Origin: the human T2T-CHM13v2.0 reference genome, Homo sapiens
NCBI RefSeq assembly: GCF_009914755.1
Contig: NC_060927.1
DNA length: 64,000 nt
Reading direction: 5' to 3' (one strand)
Shown here in pieces: positions 32,274-49,102 of this stretch. Within the stretch, counting starts at the first letter, position 1; every line of letters starts with the position of its first letter. The position numbers were made by a program, and so were the translations under genes. The notes under the pieces are model-generated. The model did not search any database. It had not been told where the DNA came from and was given only the letters and a program-made list of their open reading frames with translations.

Positions 32274-32565
32274 CCTTTTTTCACTTTTAACCATTTTGGA
32301 AGGTGTGTCATGTATCTTATTGTAATTTTAATTTGTATGATCTGATTATTAATCAAGTTGACAACCTTTATATTTATTAGTCATTTAGATTTCTTTTGGG
32401 AAATGCTTAAGTTCCTTACCCATTTTTAAATTCAGTCTATATTGTGGGCATCAGTTCTTTGACAGTTGTGTTGCAAACATTTTTCTCATTTTCACTATGA
32501 TGTCTTTTGATAAACAGAAGTTCTTAAATTTATTGTAGTCTAATTTATCAATATTTTTCCTTTAA

Positions 32566-32891
<326 letters not shown>

Positions 32892-33486
32892 GCTTTTTCT
32901 GTATTTTTAAACAAATCTTTTCCTATCTTTAAAGGTCATAAGGATCATAAACTATATTATTATCTAGGAGCTATCATATTTAGAACTAACATACACCTGC
33001 AATTAATGAAGTTAATATGAAGTTAAATATGGGTAAGGGTTTATTTGTTTCAACATGTGTACACAATTAAACCAGCACTTTTCCCGACCACTATAAGTCA
33101 TCAACTTTGTAATAAATCAAGTGTCCCTACAAAAGTGGATCTGTTTCTGATTTACTTTTCCTTAAAGTAGCACTATACTATCTTAATTAAACTTGATATC
33201 TAGTACAGCAAGTCTTCTCATTTTGTCTTATTCTTTAGGTGTGTCTGGCTACCCTTGATCCACGATATATCCATATAAAAATCAGAATCAGCTTGTCAAT
33301 TTCTACCTAAAATTTTATATATATGTACTTTTTGAAATTTAATTTGTTTGCAGTAAATCTACAGACCTAGTTAGGGAAAACTGGTATCTTTACAATAGTG
33401 ACTCTCTCATTACATGAACAAGGTGTATCCCTTCATGTATAATGGTCTTTATTTTACATCAGTAATGAATTGGAGTTGCCTTACAA

Positions 33487-33681
33487 TTATTATTATTATT
33501 ATTATTATTGTTATTATTATTTTTGGAGACCGAGTCTCTCATTCTGCCGCCCAGGCTGATGTACAGCGGCACAATCTCGGGTCACTGCAACCTCTGTCTC
33601 CTGGGCTCAAAGGATCCCCCCACCCCAGCCTCTGATGTAGCTAGGATTACAGGTGTGCTCCACCATGCCTGGCTAATTTTT

Positions 33682-33715
<34 letters not shown>

Positions 33716-33830
33716 TAGAAAAGGTCTCACTATATTGCCCAGGCTGGTCTCGCATTCCTGGGCTCAAGCAATTCTCCCACCTTGGCCTCCCAAAGTGCTG
33801 GGATTACAGGTGTGAGCCACTGCACCCAGC
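33487..33830 (-). mobile_element. AluJ with (TTA)n tail and expanded central T tract
   Basis: About 30-nt T run at the linker, 33684-33714. Confidence 0.9.
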
Positions 33831-34437
33831 ATCCTTGCAATTTTTTTTACATTTAATCCTAGACATTTTATGTTTCTGATGTTACTGCATTTTCATTTAG
33901 TTCCAAATATTTCAAAGTTTCCCGAGACCGCTTCTTTTATCCGTGTTATTCACAAGTGTGTTGTTTAATCTCTAAGTAACTAGGGACTTTCCAGCTATCT
34001 TTCTGTTATTGATTTCTAGTTTAATTTCACTGTGGTTTGAGAGCACACTGTATGATTTATATTATTTTAAATTTGTTAAGGTGTGCTTTATGGGCCTGCG
34101 TGTGGTCTATCTTTGTGAATGTTCCATGTGAGCTTGAGAAGAATGTATCTTCTGCTGTTGTTGAAGTAGTCTATAGATGTCCATTATATCCAGTTGATTG
34201 ATGGTATTGCAGAGCTCAACAATGTCCTTACTAATTTTCTGCCTGCTGGATCTGTCCATTTTCGATAGGAGGGCGTTGAATTTCCCGACTAATAATATTG
34301 AATCCATTTGTTTCTCCATGCAGTTCTACCAGGTTTTGACTTGCGTATTTTTACATTCTGTTGTTAGATGCATACATTTTAAGGACTGTTACGTCTTCTT
34401 GAAGAACTGACCCCTTTATTATTATGTAATGTCCTTC

Positions 34438-34729
34438 TTTTTTTTTTTTTTTTTTTTTTTTTTTGAGACCGAGTTTCACTCTTGTTGCCCAAGCTGGAGT
34501 GCAGTGGCATGATCTCGGCTCACCGCAACCTCCGCCTCCTAGATTCAAGCGATTCTCCTGCCTGAGCCTTCCTGAGTAGCTGGGATTACAGGCATGCACC
34601 ACCACGCCTGGCTAATTTTGTATTTTTAGTAGAAACAGGGTTTCTCCATGTTGGTCAGGCTGGTCTTGAACTCCCGACCTCAAATGATGCACTCATCTCG
34701 GCCTCCCAAAGTGCTGGGATTACAGGCGT
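34438..34729 (-). mobile_element. AluS
   Basis: TSD gtaatgtcct. Confidence 0.93.
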
Positions 34730-35280
34730 AATGTCCTAACATTCCTTGCTTTGAGGTCAGCTCTGTCTGACATTAATACAGCTAGGTCTTTTTTTTGTTA
34801 GTGTTAGCATGGTATATCTTTCTCCATCCATTTACTTTTAACCTATATGTCTCTTTATATTTAAAGTGCTTTTATTATAGACAACATATAGTTGGGTCAT
34901 ATTTTTTGATCCACTCTGATAATCTCCATCTTTTTAACAGTGCATTTAGACCACTGACATTCAAAGTGATTACTGATATAGTTGGATTAATATCTACCAT
35001 ATATGTTAGTGTTTTCTATTTGTTGCCTTCTTCTTTGTTTCCATTTTGTCTTTCACTCTTTATCTGCCTTCTGTGGTTTTAAACAGGCATTTTATATTAT
35101 TCCACTTTGCCTTCTTAGCATATTATATTTCTTTTAACTGTTTTTAGTAGTTGCCCTAGAGTTTACAATATACATTTAAACTAATCCAAATCCAATTTGT
35201 GATTTTAAAAAACCCTTATAATAACAATTCTAATTCTGCCATTTCTTCCCCTGTATCATTGCTACCATTTATATATGTAA

Positions 35281-35655
<375 letters not shown>

Positions 35656-35701
35656 TGAATAAACTGTTATATGTTCCCTCAATAAAGAATAAGAAATATT
35701 A

Positions 35702-36010
35702 GGCCAGGCATGGTGGCTCATGGCATAATCCCAGCATTTTGGGAGGCCAAGGCAGGAGGTTCCCTTGAGGCAAGGAGTTCAAAACCAGCCTGGGCAACAT
35801 AGCAAGACCCATCTCTACCAAAATATATATATATTTTTTTAAGTTAGTCAAGCATGGTGGTGGGTGTCTGTAGTCTCAGCTACTCTGGAGGCTGAGGCAG
35901 GAGGACTGCTTGAGCCTGAAGCTGCAGTGAGCTAGGATCACACCACTGCACTCCAGTCTGGGCAACAGAGCAAGACTCTTATCTTAAAAAAAAAAAAAAA
36001 AAAAAGAAAA
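35702..36010 (+). mobile_element. AluJ
   Basis: Diverged dimer with A tail. Confidence 0.9.
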
Positions 36011-36098
36011 ATCCAAGGTTTTCTTTTACATTTTAAAATTCCTTCTCCAAAAAAAAAAAAAAAACACACATTCCTTCTCTAACACTCTTTTTTTTTTC

Positions 36099-36293
36099 CT
36101 TCCTCAGAAACCATGCAAGCAAGGATAGAGAGGACTGAAATAGTTAAGGCATTTAAAGCAAAAAGCCACTAATTTAGACCTGTGTATCAAGCAAAATTAT
36201 CCTTAAAAAGTACTAAAGATTTTCTCAGGCAAACAAAAATTAAGGGATTCTGTCACCAGTAGACCTGTCTTGCAAGAAATATTAAAAGAAATT
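36099..36293 (+). mobile_element. L1M ORF1 3' fragment, inverted relative to the adjacent L1
   Basis: tcagaaaccatgcaagcaag, aaattatcctt, accagtagacctgtcttgcaagaaat. Confidence 0.75.
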
Positions 36294-36535
<242 letters not shown>

Positions 36536-36815
36536 GGGCCGAATTAAATGAATAGGTTGGGCTATTTAACTGCTGCAGGAACATGCCCTTAAAGACACAG
36601 ATTGCTCATGCTTTAGTTTGTGTCTAAAGAATGCCTTTAAGCGGTTTTCTGCCCTGGGCGGGCCAGGTGTTCCTTGCCCTCATTCCCATAAACCCACAAC
36701 CTTCCAGCTTGGGCGTTAGGGCCATTATAGACATGTTACAGTGCTGCAGAGATTTTATTTATGGCCAGTTTTGGGGCCAGTTTATGGCCAGACTTTGAGG
36801 GGCTTGCTCCCAACA
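36536..36815 (-). mobile_element. MER9 (HERV-K HML-3) LTR, 5' part only
   Basis: Minus strand starts TGTTGGGAGCAAGCCCC...TCTGGCCATAAACTGGCCCCAAAACTGGCCATAAA, the MER9 5' end. Confidence 0.88.
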
Positions 36816-36955
36816 ATGCAATATGAAATAAAATCCTTATCTGAAATATGTAATTCTCACCACTTTAAGAGAGATATAAATGAACAAAGAATAATCAAAA
36901 AGGGCAGCTAACATGACTGAGTTTTTACACACGGAAAACTAAAAATAGTGGGACT

Positions 36956-37153
36956 CGCTGTGCATGGTGGCTCACGCCTGTAATCCCAGCACTTTGGGAG
37001 GCTGAGGCGGGCGGATCACGAGGTCAGGAGATCGAGACCATCCTGGCTAACACGGTGAAACCCCATCTCTACTAAAAATACAAAAAATTGGCCGGGTGTG
37101 ATGGCGGGCGCCTGCAGTCCCAGCTACTCGGGAGGCTGAGGCAGGAGAATGGC
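36956..37153 (+). mobile_element. AluY-like, 3'-deleted
   Basis: Stops at ggagaatggc; no tail. Confidence 0.88.
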
Positions 37154-37275
37154 AGGACTCTTTAGCATATAAAGACAACAGCTAAAAGAATATGGTTTAT
37201 ATTCACAGACAACACTGACTGTGCATCAGTGTCTTCACAAATCCTAGAACAAAAGAAGTATGCCCTACTGAACAT

Positions 37276-37979
37276 TGCTATGGGCTAAACTGTTCACCCC
37301 AAAATTTGTATGTTCAAACCCTAAGCTCCAGTATGACTGTTTGGATATAGGCCCTTTATGAAGGTTGTCTTAGTCCATCTGGGGTGCTACACCAAAATAT
37401 CTTAGGCTGGAAAATGTATAAACAACAGAAATTTACTGCTCACAATTCTGGAGGCTGGAAAGTCCAAGATGAAGGCCCCAGGGGATTCAGAATCTGGTGA
37501 GGGTTCACTTTCTGCTTCAAAGATGGTGCCTTCTTGCTGTCTTCACATGGTGGAAGTTGAGCAAACAAGCTCTCTCAAGCCTCCTTTATAATGGTGCTAA
37601 TCCCATTCATGAGAAAAAACCTTTATGGCCGAATCACCTCTCCAAGGCCCCACCTCTTCATACCAACGCAATGGGGATTAGGTTTCAACATATAAATTTT
37701 GGGAGGGCACAAACATTTAGAGGTCATAAGGATGGAGCCCTGATCTAACAGAATTGGTTCTTCTTCCTTTAAGAAGAGACACCACAGAACTCTTACTGTT
37801 TCTACCATGTGAAGACACAGCAAGGTGGCAACTATCTGCAAGCCAGAAAGAGGGCCCTCACCAGAAAGCAGCTACACACCTAGGCTTTCAGTCTCCATAA
37901 CTGTGAGAAGATAAATGTCAGTTGTTTAAGCCACCTAGTCTATGATATTTTGTTATGGCAGCCCAAGCAGACTATGACA
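37276..37979 (+). mobile_element. MLT1A-like MaLR solo LTR
   Basis: tgctatggg...actatgaca ends, interrupted by an antisense LTR. Confidence 0.85.
37366..37721 (-). mobile_element. MST-type MaLR LTR nested antisense in the MLT1A
   Basis: tgtcttagtcc end; cacaattctggaggctggaaagtccaagat. Confidence 0.85.
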
Positions 37980-38061
37980 AATATGAAATAAGTAGTTTTA
38001 GAATTAATTATTCTGTGTGTTTTAAGAGGGAGTTTGAGTAAACAGGTTAAAAACTAGGTCT

Positions 38062-38337
38062 AGGATGGGCACAGTAGCTCACGCCTGTAATCCCAGCACT
38101 CTGGGAGGCCAAGGCAGGAAGATTGTTTAAGCCCAGGAGTTTAAGACTGGCCGACATGGTGAAACACCATCTCTACTAAAAATTAGCTGGGTGTGGTGGT
38201 GTACACCTGTAGTCCCAGTTACTTAAGAGGCTGAGGTGGGAGGGTCACCTGAGCCCAGGGGGTTGAGGCTGCAGTGAGCTATGATGGGCGATGGAGTGAG
38301 ACACTGACCCCCTACCCCCCTCACCAAAAAAAAAAAC
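38062..38337 (+). mobile_element. AluJ
   Basis: TSD aaaaa(c)ctaggtcta. Confidence 0.88.
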
Positions 38338-38727
38338 CTAGGTCTAGATATAAATTATAAACAAAATTTGGGGTACTTTCTTACATTCTAAAGTCATTAC
38401 ACAGGGCAAATATGTTGTCATTGACAAGGCATTAAACTGGGTTGTTAGGGCATAAAACCAGGCTGCACAGGCCACTAATATGACATGTAAATATGCATGT
38501 CATACTTAGGTTCTGCTCAGTAAGAGTGACAGCAAATAATGCTATTGAAATTACTTTCAATGAATGCAACAAAGTAAATGTAACAAAGTACAATAATTTT
38601 TTTCAATTTATGACAAGGTTTTTTGACAAAAGTAAAGGAATATTCATAAATGGTCAAAAAGATAAGTCATGCATTGAGTAGCAGAAAATACACAAAACCA
38701 AAAAGGATTTTAGAATATGGCAAGTGT

Positions 38728-39093
<366 letters not shown>

Positions 39094-39196
39094 TCAAGTA
39101 CCACAAATTAAAATAACTTTAAATTCTCTAATGATAATACAGAGATTCGAAATAAAGGGATATAACACCAGTAAGGCAAATATAGTTATTGCTTAC

Positions 39197-39291
39197 ATGT
39201 TTAAAAGACCCATAGGGAACTGCTGTGGACCCTGTTTCTTCTAGATAATCTTCCCAGCTTAATTCTACCTCTTCCATACCAGAGCCGGCAT
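39197..39291 (-). CDS. SFMBT1: SFMBT1 exon 3, DAGSGMEEVELSWEDYLEETGSTAVPYGSFKH (95 nt, MBT1 arm)
   Basis: ttctag acceptor, CAT/gtaagc donor; not in the ORF track, translated by hand. Confidence 0.96.
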
Positions 39292-40030
39292 CTAGAATTA
39301 AAAATAAAACAAAAACAGGTGAATCCCAATTAAAGAAAACTCAAGGTATAAAAATATAAACTTAATAAACCTAACTTTACAGAATTTACTTCACAACTGA
39401 TTTTGCACAAAAGAATTAAGTGGGGTTTTGTTTTGTTTTGTTTTTGTTTTTTAAATGATAGGTGCCCTTAGTGCACTGATTGTCAACGAATCTTCACAGA
39501 ACAGCAGTTTGACATGCTATCTCTTGCTGAAGAGGCACCCAAATCTAGAGTTCACCCAAATGGATCACATAAAACTGGTAGGAGTATAAACCATTACTAT
39601 CACTTTGGACTGAAATTTAGTATTCTAATGTCAAACATTGAAGACACTTAATAAGCATTTCAAACTTAAATTTTCAACTTGATCCTTTCTTAGTACTCTC
39701 AGAGTGAAAGATACTCCTAGTAAATATTTTACCTTAATAAAAAAAAAAAGTGTCATTATCCTTGCCCCCCTCCCTTTTTCTCCATACCTTATATCCAATC
39801 CATAGAAGAATTCTGTAGGTACTATCTTCAAAATATATCCAAAAGCTAGAAAGATCTCCTAACGTCACGACTAAATCAACTAGAGAACCAAGAGCAAACA
39901 AACCCCAAAGCTAGCAGGAGACCAGAAATAATCAAGATCAGAATAGAACTGAAGGAGATAGAGACACGAAAAACCCTTCAAAAAAATAAACAAATACAGG
40001 CACTGGTTTTTTGAAAAAATTAATAAAATA

Positions 40031-40320
40031 CCTGTAATCCCAGCACTTTGGGAGGCTGAGGTGGGCAGATCACTTGAGGTCAAGAGTTCAAGACCAGCCT
40101 GGCCAACATGGTGAAACCCCGTCTCTACTAAAAATAAAAAAATTAGCCAGGCATGGTGGCACATGCCTGTAATCCCAGCTACTCAGGAGACTGAGTCAGG
40201 AGAACTGCTTGAACCCAGGAGGCAGAGGTTGCAGTGAGCCGAGATTGTGCCAGTGCACTCCAGCCTGGGTGACGGAGCGAGACTCTATCTCAAAAATAAA
40301 TAAATAAATAAATAAATAAT
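40031..40320 (+). mobile_element. AluS in the L1PA
   Basis: Slight 5' truncation; (TAAA)n tail. Confidence 0.93.
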
Positions 40321-41057
40321 AAAATAGAACACTAACTAGACTAATAAAGAAGAAAAAAGAGAAAAATCACATGGACACAATAAAAAATGATAAAGGAGAT
40401 ATCACCACCAATCCCACAGAAATACAAACAACCATCAGAGAATACTATAAATACTTCTATGCAAATAAACTAGAAAATTTACAAGAAATGGATAAATTCC
40501 TGGACACATACACCCTCCCAAGACTGAACCAGGAAGAAGTTGAATCCCTGAATAGACCAATAATGAGTTCTCAAATTGAGGCAGTAATGAACAGCCTACC
40601 AACCAAAAAAAGCTCAGGACAGATGGATTCACAGCACATTTCTACCAGAGATACAAAGAAGAGTTGGTATCATTTCTTCTAAAACTATTCCAAAAAACTG
40701 AAAATGAGGCACTCCTCCCTAACTCACTTTATGAGGCCAGCATCATCCTGATACCAAAACCTGTCAGAGAAACAACAACAAAAAATAAAACTTCAGGCCA
40801 ATATTCCTGATGAACATCAATGCAAAAATCCTCAATAAAATACTGGCAAACAGAATGCAGAAGCACATCAGAAAGCTTATCTACCACAATTACGTAGGCT
40901 TCATCCCTGAAATGCAAGGCTGGTTCAACAGACGCAAATCAATAAACGTAGTTCATCACATAAACAGAACTAAAGATAAAAACCACATGATTATCTCAAA
41001 AGACACAGAAAAGCCTTTGAAAAAATTCAACATCCCTTCATGTTAAAAACTCTCAGT

Positions 41058-41668
<611 letters not shown>

Positions 41669-43187
41669 ACTCTCAATAAACTAGGTATTGATGGAACATA
41701 TCTCAAAATAATAAGAGCCATTTATGACAAACCCACAGCCAATATCATACTGAATGGGCAAAAGCTGGAGGCATTCCCCTTGAAAACTAGCACAAGACAA
41801 GGATGCCCTCTATCACCACTCCTATTAAACATAGTATTGGAAGTTCTCACTGGGGCAATCAGGCAAGAGAGAGTGATAAAGGGTATTCAAATAGGAAGAG
41901 AGGAAGTCAAACTGTCTGTTTGCAGGTGACATGATCCTATATCTAGAAAACCCCATCGCTTCAGCCCAAAAGCTTCTTAAGCTGAGAAGTAACTTCCGCA
42001 AAAATCTCACGATACAAAATCAATGTGCAAAACTCACAAGCATTCCTATACACCAACAACAGACAAGCAGAAAGCCAAATCATGAATGAACTTCCATTCA
42101 CAATTGCTACAGAGAATAAAATACCTAAGAATACAGTTAACAAGGGAAGTGAAAGACCCCTTCAAGGAGTACTACAAACCACTGCTCGAGGAAATGAGAG
42201 AGGACACAAACAAATGGAAAAACATTCCATGCTCACAGACAGAAAGAATCAAAATATCATGAAAATGGTCATACTACCCAAAGTAATTTATAGATTCAAT
42301 ACTATTCCCATTAAACTACCACTGACATTCTTCACAGAATTAGAAACAAATTTCACAGGAAACCAAAAAAGAGCCTGTATAGCCAAGACAATCCTAAGCA
42401 AAAAGAACAAAGGTGAAGGCATAGCCCTACCTGACTTCAAACTATACTACAAGCCTCAAAACAGCATGATACTTGTACAAAAACAGACATCCAGACCAAT
42501 GGAACAGAATAGAGAACTCAGAAATAAGATTGCACATCTACAACCATCTGATTTTCAACAAACCTGACAAAAACAAGCACTGAGGAAAGGATTCCCTATT
42601 TAATAAATGGTGCTGGGAGAACTGACTAAGCCATAAGCAGAAAATTGAAACTGGGATTCCTTCCTTACACCTAATACAAAAATTAACTCAAGATGCATTA
42701 AAGACTTAAATGTAAAACCCAAAATTATACAAACCCTAGAAGAAAATCTAGGCACTAACATTCAAGGCATAGGCATGAGCAAAGATTTCATGACAAAAAC
42801 GTCAAAAGCAATTGCAACAAAAGCAAAAATTGACAAACGGGATCTAATTAAACTAAAGAGCTTCTGCATAGCAAAAGAAACAATCACCAGAGCGAACAGA
42901 CAACCTAAAGAATGGGAGAACATTTCTGTAATCTCTCCATCTGACAAAGGTATAATACCCAGAATCTACAAGGAACTTAAACAAATTTACAAGAAAAAAC
43001 CCAACAACCCCATTAAAAAGCGGACAAAGGACATGAACAGACACCTTACAAAAGAAGACATTTATGTGGGCAACAAACATAAAAAAAAGCTCAACATCAC
43101 TGATGATTAGAGAAATGCAAATCAAAACCACAATGAGATACCATCTCACGCCAGTCAGAATGATGATTATTAAAAAGCCAAGAAACA

Positions 43188-43490
<303 letters not shown>

Positions 43491-45737
43491 AAAGTCAAGA
43501 AACAACAGATGCTGTTGAGGCTGCAGAGAAATAGGAACACTTTTACACTGTTGGTGGGAATGTAAATTAGTTCAGCCATTGTGGAAGACAGTGTGCCAAT
43601 TCCTCAAAGACCTGGAACCAGAAATACCATTTGACCCAGCAATCCCATTACTGGGTATCTACCCAAAGGAATATAAATCATTCTATTATGAAGATACATG
43701 CACATGTATGTTCACGGCAGTACTATTCTCAATAGCAAAGACATGGAATCAACCCAAATGCCCATCAACAATAGACTGGATAAAGAAAACCTGGTACATA
43801 TACACCATGGAATACTATGCAGCCATAAAAAGGAACGAGATAATGTCCTTTGCAGGGACATGGATGGAGCTGGAACCCATTATCTTCAGCAAACTAACAC
43901 AGCAACAGAAAAGCAAACCCTACATGTTCTCACTTATAAGTGGGAGCTGAACAATGTGAAAACATGGACACATCGGGGGGAAAAGCATACATTGGGGCCT
44001 GTCAAGGGGGACGGGGGAGGGAGAGCATCAGGAAAAACAGTTAATGTATACTGGGCTTAATACCTAGGTGATGAGTTGATAGGTGCAGCAAATCACCATG
44101 GCACATGTTTACCCATGTAACAAACCTGCACATCCTGCACATGTATCCCGGAAATTAAAAACAAACAAAAAACATATTTCAAATCGAATCACTTCCCACC
44201 ATATCTACTGGCTATCTCTAGTCCAAGGTCTAACCACAATATCTTCCACCTTTCAATTACACTTAAAATCTAAAATCTGTGGGACACTACAAAGGCCGTA
44301 CATGACCTGATCCCTGGCTGCCTACCCTACCACTTTATCCCCAGCCAGACTCTCCAGGCTCACCACACTCGGGTGACAATGAGGTTCCTGCCATTCTTTA
44401 ATCATACTCTTTCTACAAACCCTCTACATTTGCTATCCCTCAACTCAAAGAATCATCTCCCAGTGTCCTTCATGCTCCATTTCATTCAAGTCTCTACTCA
44501 AATGTTCGTCTTCAGAAAGGCAACAGTATCCATCTTTAGGCTCTGCTTCCCTTTTCTTTATGGCATTCATTCCTATTGACAATATACCTGTTAGATCATA
44601 AACTCCATAAAGTCAGGAATTTGCCACCTAGATTCTTACAATACTCTTGTTAAGTGAGCCAAGACTCAAATACTCTATAATCCAATAATCTCACTTCACA
44701 TAAACTCCCTAAGAGCAGGGATGGTTGTTTTGTTGTTGTTGTTGTTGTTGTTGTTCATTGACGTATTCCTTCAGAACAATGCTTGTTATATAGAAGACTC
44801 TCAATAAACTGCTGAATGAGTACACCCTAGGGGAAACCATACTCCACATGACCACAAGGAGGTAAATATAAGGATGTTCATCACAGCAGCATTTGTAATA
44901 TCAACAAACTGGAAGCAGTAAGTAGAATAGATAAGTTATGGCAACCCTTCAATGGAATACTACTACACAGCAGTTGAAATGAATGCTAGCGTTGACACAG
45001 ATAAGTCTCAAAAACACACATCAAGCAGAAAAGGCAAGCGCAGAATGAAAAGCACAGCTAGGTTTCAAAACAAAACTTTGCAGTGTAATGTTTATGAATA
45101 CATGCATATTAATATAAGAGTGTAAAGAAAAGGATGAAAAGAATACGTATCAACTTCAACAAAGTTACCTTTGGGGATAAAGAGAAGGAAACAGATTAGA
45201 AGGGAAGTACAAAAGAGGCTTAAACTGTATTATGTTTCACTTCTTTTAAAAAATGAAAATGCATGAAAAGATGTTCAACATTACTAATCATTAGGGAAAT
45301 GCAAATCAAAACTACAATGAAATGCCATTTCACACATATTAGAATAACTATAAACAAAAAGACAAAAAATAATAAGTGTTGGTGAGGATATGGAGAATTA
45401 AGAATGGTTGTATATTTCTGGTGGGAATGTAAAATGGTACAGCCACTATAGAAAACTGTACAGTACTTCCTCAAAATATTTTTAATTATCATATGATCTA
45501 TCTATCTATCTATCTATCTCTCTATCTATCTATGCATGTCTGTGTATATACCCAAAAAGAATTAAAAAGAGGGACTCAAACATGTATTTGTACACAAATG
45601 TTCATAGCAGCAATATTCACAATAACCAAAAGGCAGAGGCAACCCAAGTGTCCATCAACAGACGAATGGATAACAAAATGAATGTGGTATATACATACAA
45701 TGGAATATTATTTAGCCTTTTAAAAAAAGGAAATTCT

Positions 45738-46022
45738 GGCCGGGTGCGGTGGCTCATGCCTGTAATCCCAACACTTTGGGAAGCCAAGGCAGAGGACAGC
45801 TTAAGCCCAGGAGTTTGAGACCAGCCTGAGCAACAGAGGGAAATCTCATGTCTACAAAAATATTTTTAAAAGTAAGCTGAGCATGGTGGTGAGTGGCTGT
45901 AGTCCCAGCTACTTGAGAGGCTGAGGTGGGAGGATCACTTGCAAGGTTGGGGCTACAGTGAGCAGTGATCACATCACTGCACTCCAGCCTGGGCTGTTAG
46001 AGACCCCATCCTCCCAAAAATA
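45738..46022 (+). mobile_element. AluJ
   Basis: Diverged dimer. Confidence 0.9.
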
Positions 46023-46306
46023 AAGTTCTGACACATACTACAACATTGATAAACAATGAAGACATTATGCTAAGAGAAATAAGCCCGTCACAAAAGACAA
46101 ATGGATACCTACAGTAGTCAAATTCATAGAAACAGAAAATTAAATGGTGGGTGCTAGGGGCTAGGGAAACTGGGGAATGGGGAGTTACTGTTGAACAGGT
46201 ATACCTTTCCATTTGGAAAGATAAGGAGATGGATGGCAGTGATTACTGCCCAACAATGTGAATGTACTTAATGCCAATAAACTATACACTTAAAAATTGT
46301 TAAAAC

Positions 46307-46453
46307 GGCCCGTAATCCCAGCTACTCAGGGGGCTGAAGCAAGAGAACCGCTTGATCCCAGGAGTTCAAGACTGTAGTGTACATGATTGTGCCTGTGAAT
46401 AGCCACTGCACTCCAGCCTGGGCAATGCTGCAAGACCCCACCGCTTTAAAAAA
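46307..46453 (+). mobile_element. FAM (fossil Alu monomer)
   Basis: Diagnostic gcctgtgaatagccactgcactccagcctgggca. Confidence 0.8.
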
Positions 46454-47406
46454 GGTGAAAGTGGTAAATTTTACATTATGGACATTTTACCACAATAAAA
46501 AATTAAAAACATATTGAACATTAACATTTATTAAATATTTATGCTAGGCACATGATTGTTTGTTGTAGTCTTTTCCATAGTTTTAATGTATTTGAAATGT
46601 TTTCATTAGAAATACAAGCCAATAATAAAGACGGCTTTGAGGGCAACTTGAAAGTACAGGCCAGCAGAAAGTCAATTTACATTACTAAAACTTAACAAGG
46701 CTGGGCATTCGTGGCCCTTAGCAAGGACTCTAGGTCCTTAAATAGCATGTTAATTTAAAAATAAAAAATAAGTAACAATTAAAATGATGAATCACTCAAC
46801 TAAAATCTCTCACACAATGCTGAGAAGAAACAAGACTAATGATGTGATGAGATGATGAGCAAGATATATGAGAGTTTATTAAAGAAATAAATGCATAAAC
46901 CTTAAATATATGAAAATGTGCAAATTTTGTTTTAAGAGAAATGCAAATTAAAACGACAGAGATATCAGATTGAAAAGAATTCCAAAGTGTGACAAGCCTC
47001 AATGGTGAGGCTGTAAACAGGTAAAGCATAATGACACAACCTCTGTGGAAGAAAACTTGGCAATATCCAACAAAATTACATATGTATTTACCTTTTGATC
47101 CAGCAATCCCACTTCTAGGAATCTATCCCAAAGATATGCTGGCAAAAATACAAAAAGACATTTGTACAAAGCCATTCATTGTAGCACTATTTGTAATACC
47201 AAGACTGGAAATAACCCTGACGTCCATCAATAAGGAAATGGTTGAATAAATATGGTATATGTATTCAGTACAGGTTGCTGTAAAGCAATGAGAACAATCT
47301 CTATATACTGATGTGGAATAATCTCCAAAATATACTGTTAAGAGTAACCACACTACCAAACAGTATTTTTTTTTGTATCCCTATTTTTTGTATAAGATGG
47401 GAGAGA

Positions 47407-47710
47407 GGCCAGGCGCAGTGGCTCATGCCTATAATACTAGCACTTTGGGAGGCCGAGGTGGGTGGATCACATGAGGCCAGGAGTTTGAGAGGAGCCTGGC
47501 CAACATGATGAAACCCCATCTCTACTAAAAATACAAAAATTAGCCAGGTGCATGGTGGCACGTGCCTGTAATCCCAGCTACTCAGGAGGCTAAGGCATGA
47601 GAATCGTTTGAACCCAGAGGCAGGGGTTGCAGTGAGCCGAGGTTGTGCCACTGCACTACAGCCTGGGTGACAGAGCAAGGCTCCCTGTCTCAAAAAAAAA
47701 AAAAAAAAAA
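47407..47710 (+). mobile_element. AluS
   Basis: Full dimer. Confidence 0.93.
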
Positions 47711-47851
47711 GGAGAGGGAGATGTGAGTATGAGGATATATGTATATACACTCACATATATTAGTTTATATTTTTAAAAATGAACAACAGGAGAATAAATT
47801 AAAAAGTAATAAAACTGGCTATATATATGGAAAAAGAGAAAGAATTAGTAA

Positions 47852-48168
<317 letters not shown>

Positions 48169-48318
48169 AATTTTGACTTTAGAAATATGCAGGCTCATTA
48201 TACAATTTAGAAACAATTAAATTGAAATTAAAAAAATTCTATAAATTTCAAATAAACTGAAACACATGAGCTAACTGTTGGTGGGAAAACCACAAGAAAA
48301 CAGGATTCCTTTAAGTAA

Positions 48319-48627
<309 letters not shown>

Positions 48628-48880
48628 TATGCCATATTAAAATACAATACTCTGACTATAAACACCAGTGGAATATATTTAAAAGCAAAAACTATAAAGA
48701 AATCTTAAACTGCACACTGTGGTTGATATCCAAAATGTTGGTATTATTATTTTAAAATAATTAGAGGACTTCTATAGGATAAAAACAAAGAATAATATTA
48801 CCATCATTAGCAAACAAGACATTTCTAAAAGGGAAGAGATACAAGCATAAAATCAAAGAAGAAAAAACTTTGTAACCCTG

Positions 48881-49018
48881 TTTTATTTTTGTTTGTTTGT
48901 TTTGTTTTTTTGAGATAGAGTTTCCCTATATTGCCCCAGCTGGCCTTGAATTCCCAGGCTCAAGCCACCTCAGCCTCCCAAGTAGCAGGACTACAAGTGC
49001 ATGCCACTGTGCCCAGCT
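48881..49018 (-). mobile_element. FLAM-type monomer
   Basis: Single arm. Confidence 0.75.
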
Positions 49019-49102
49019 AAAACCCTGTACTTTTAAATTTACATTGTAAGTATCAATGTAAAACCATTATTTTCTTTACTTTTCAAAAGATGTGTATTTT
49101 CA

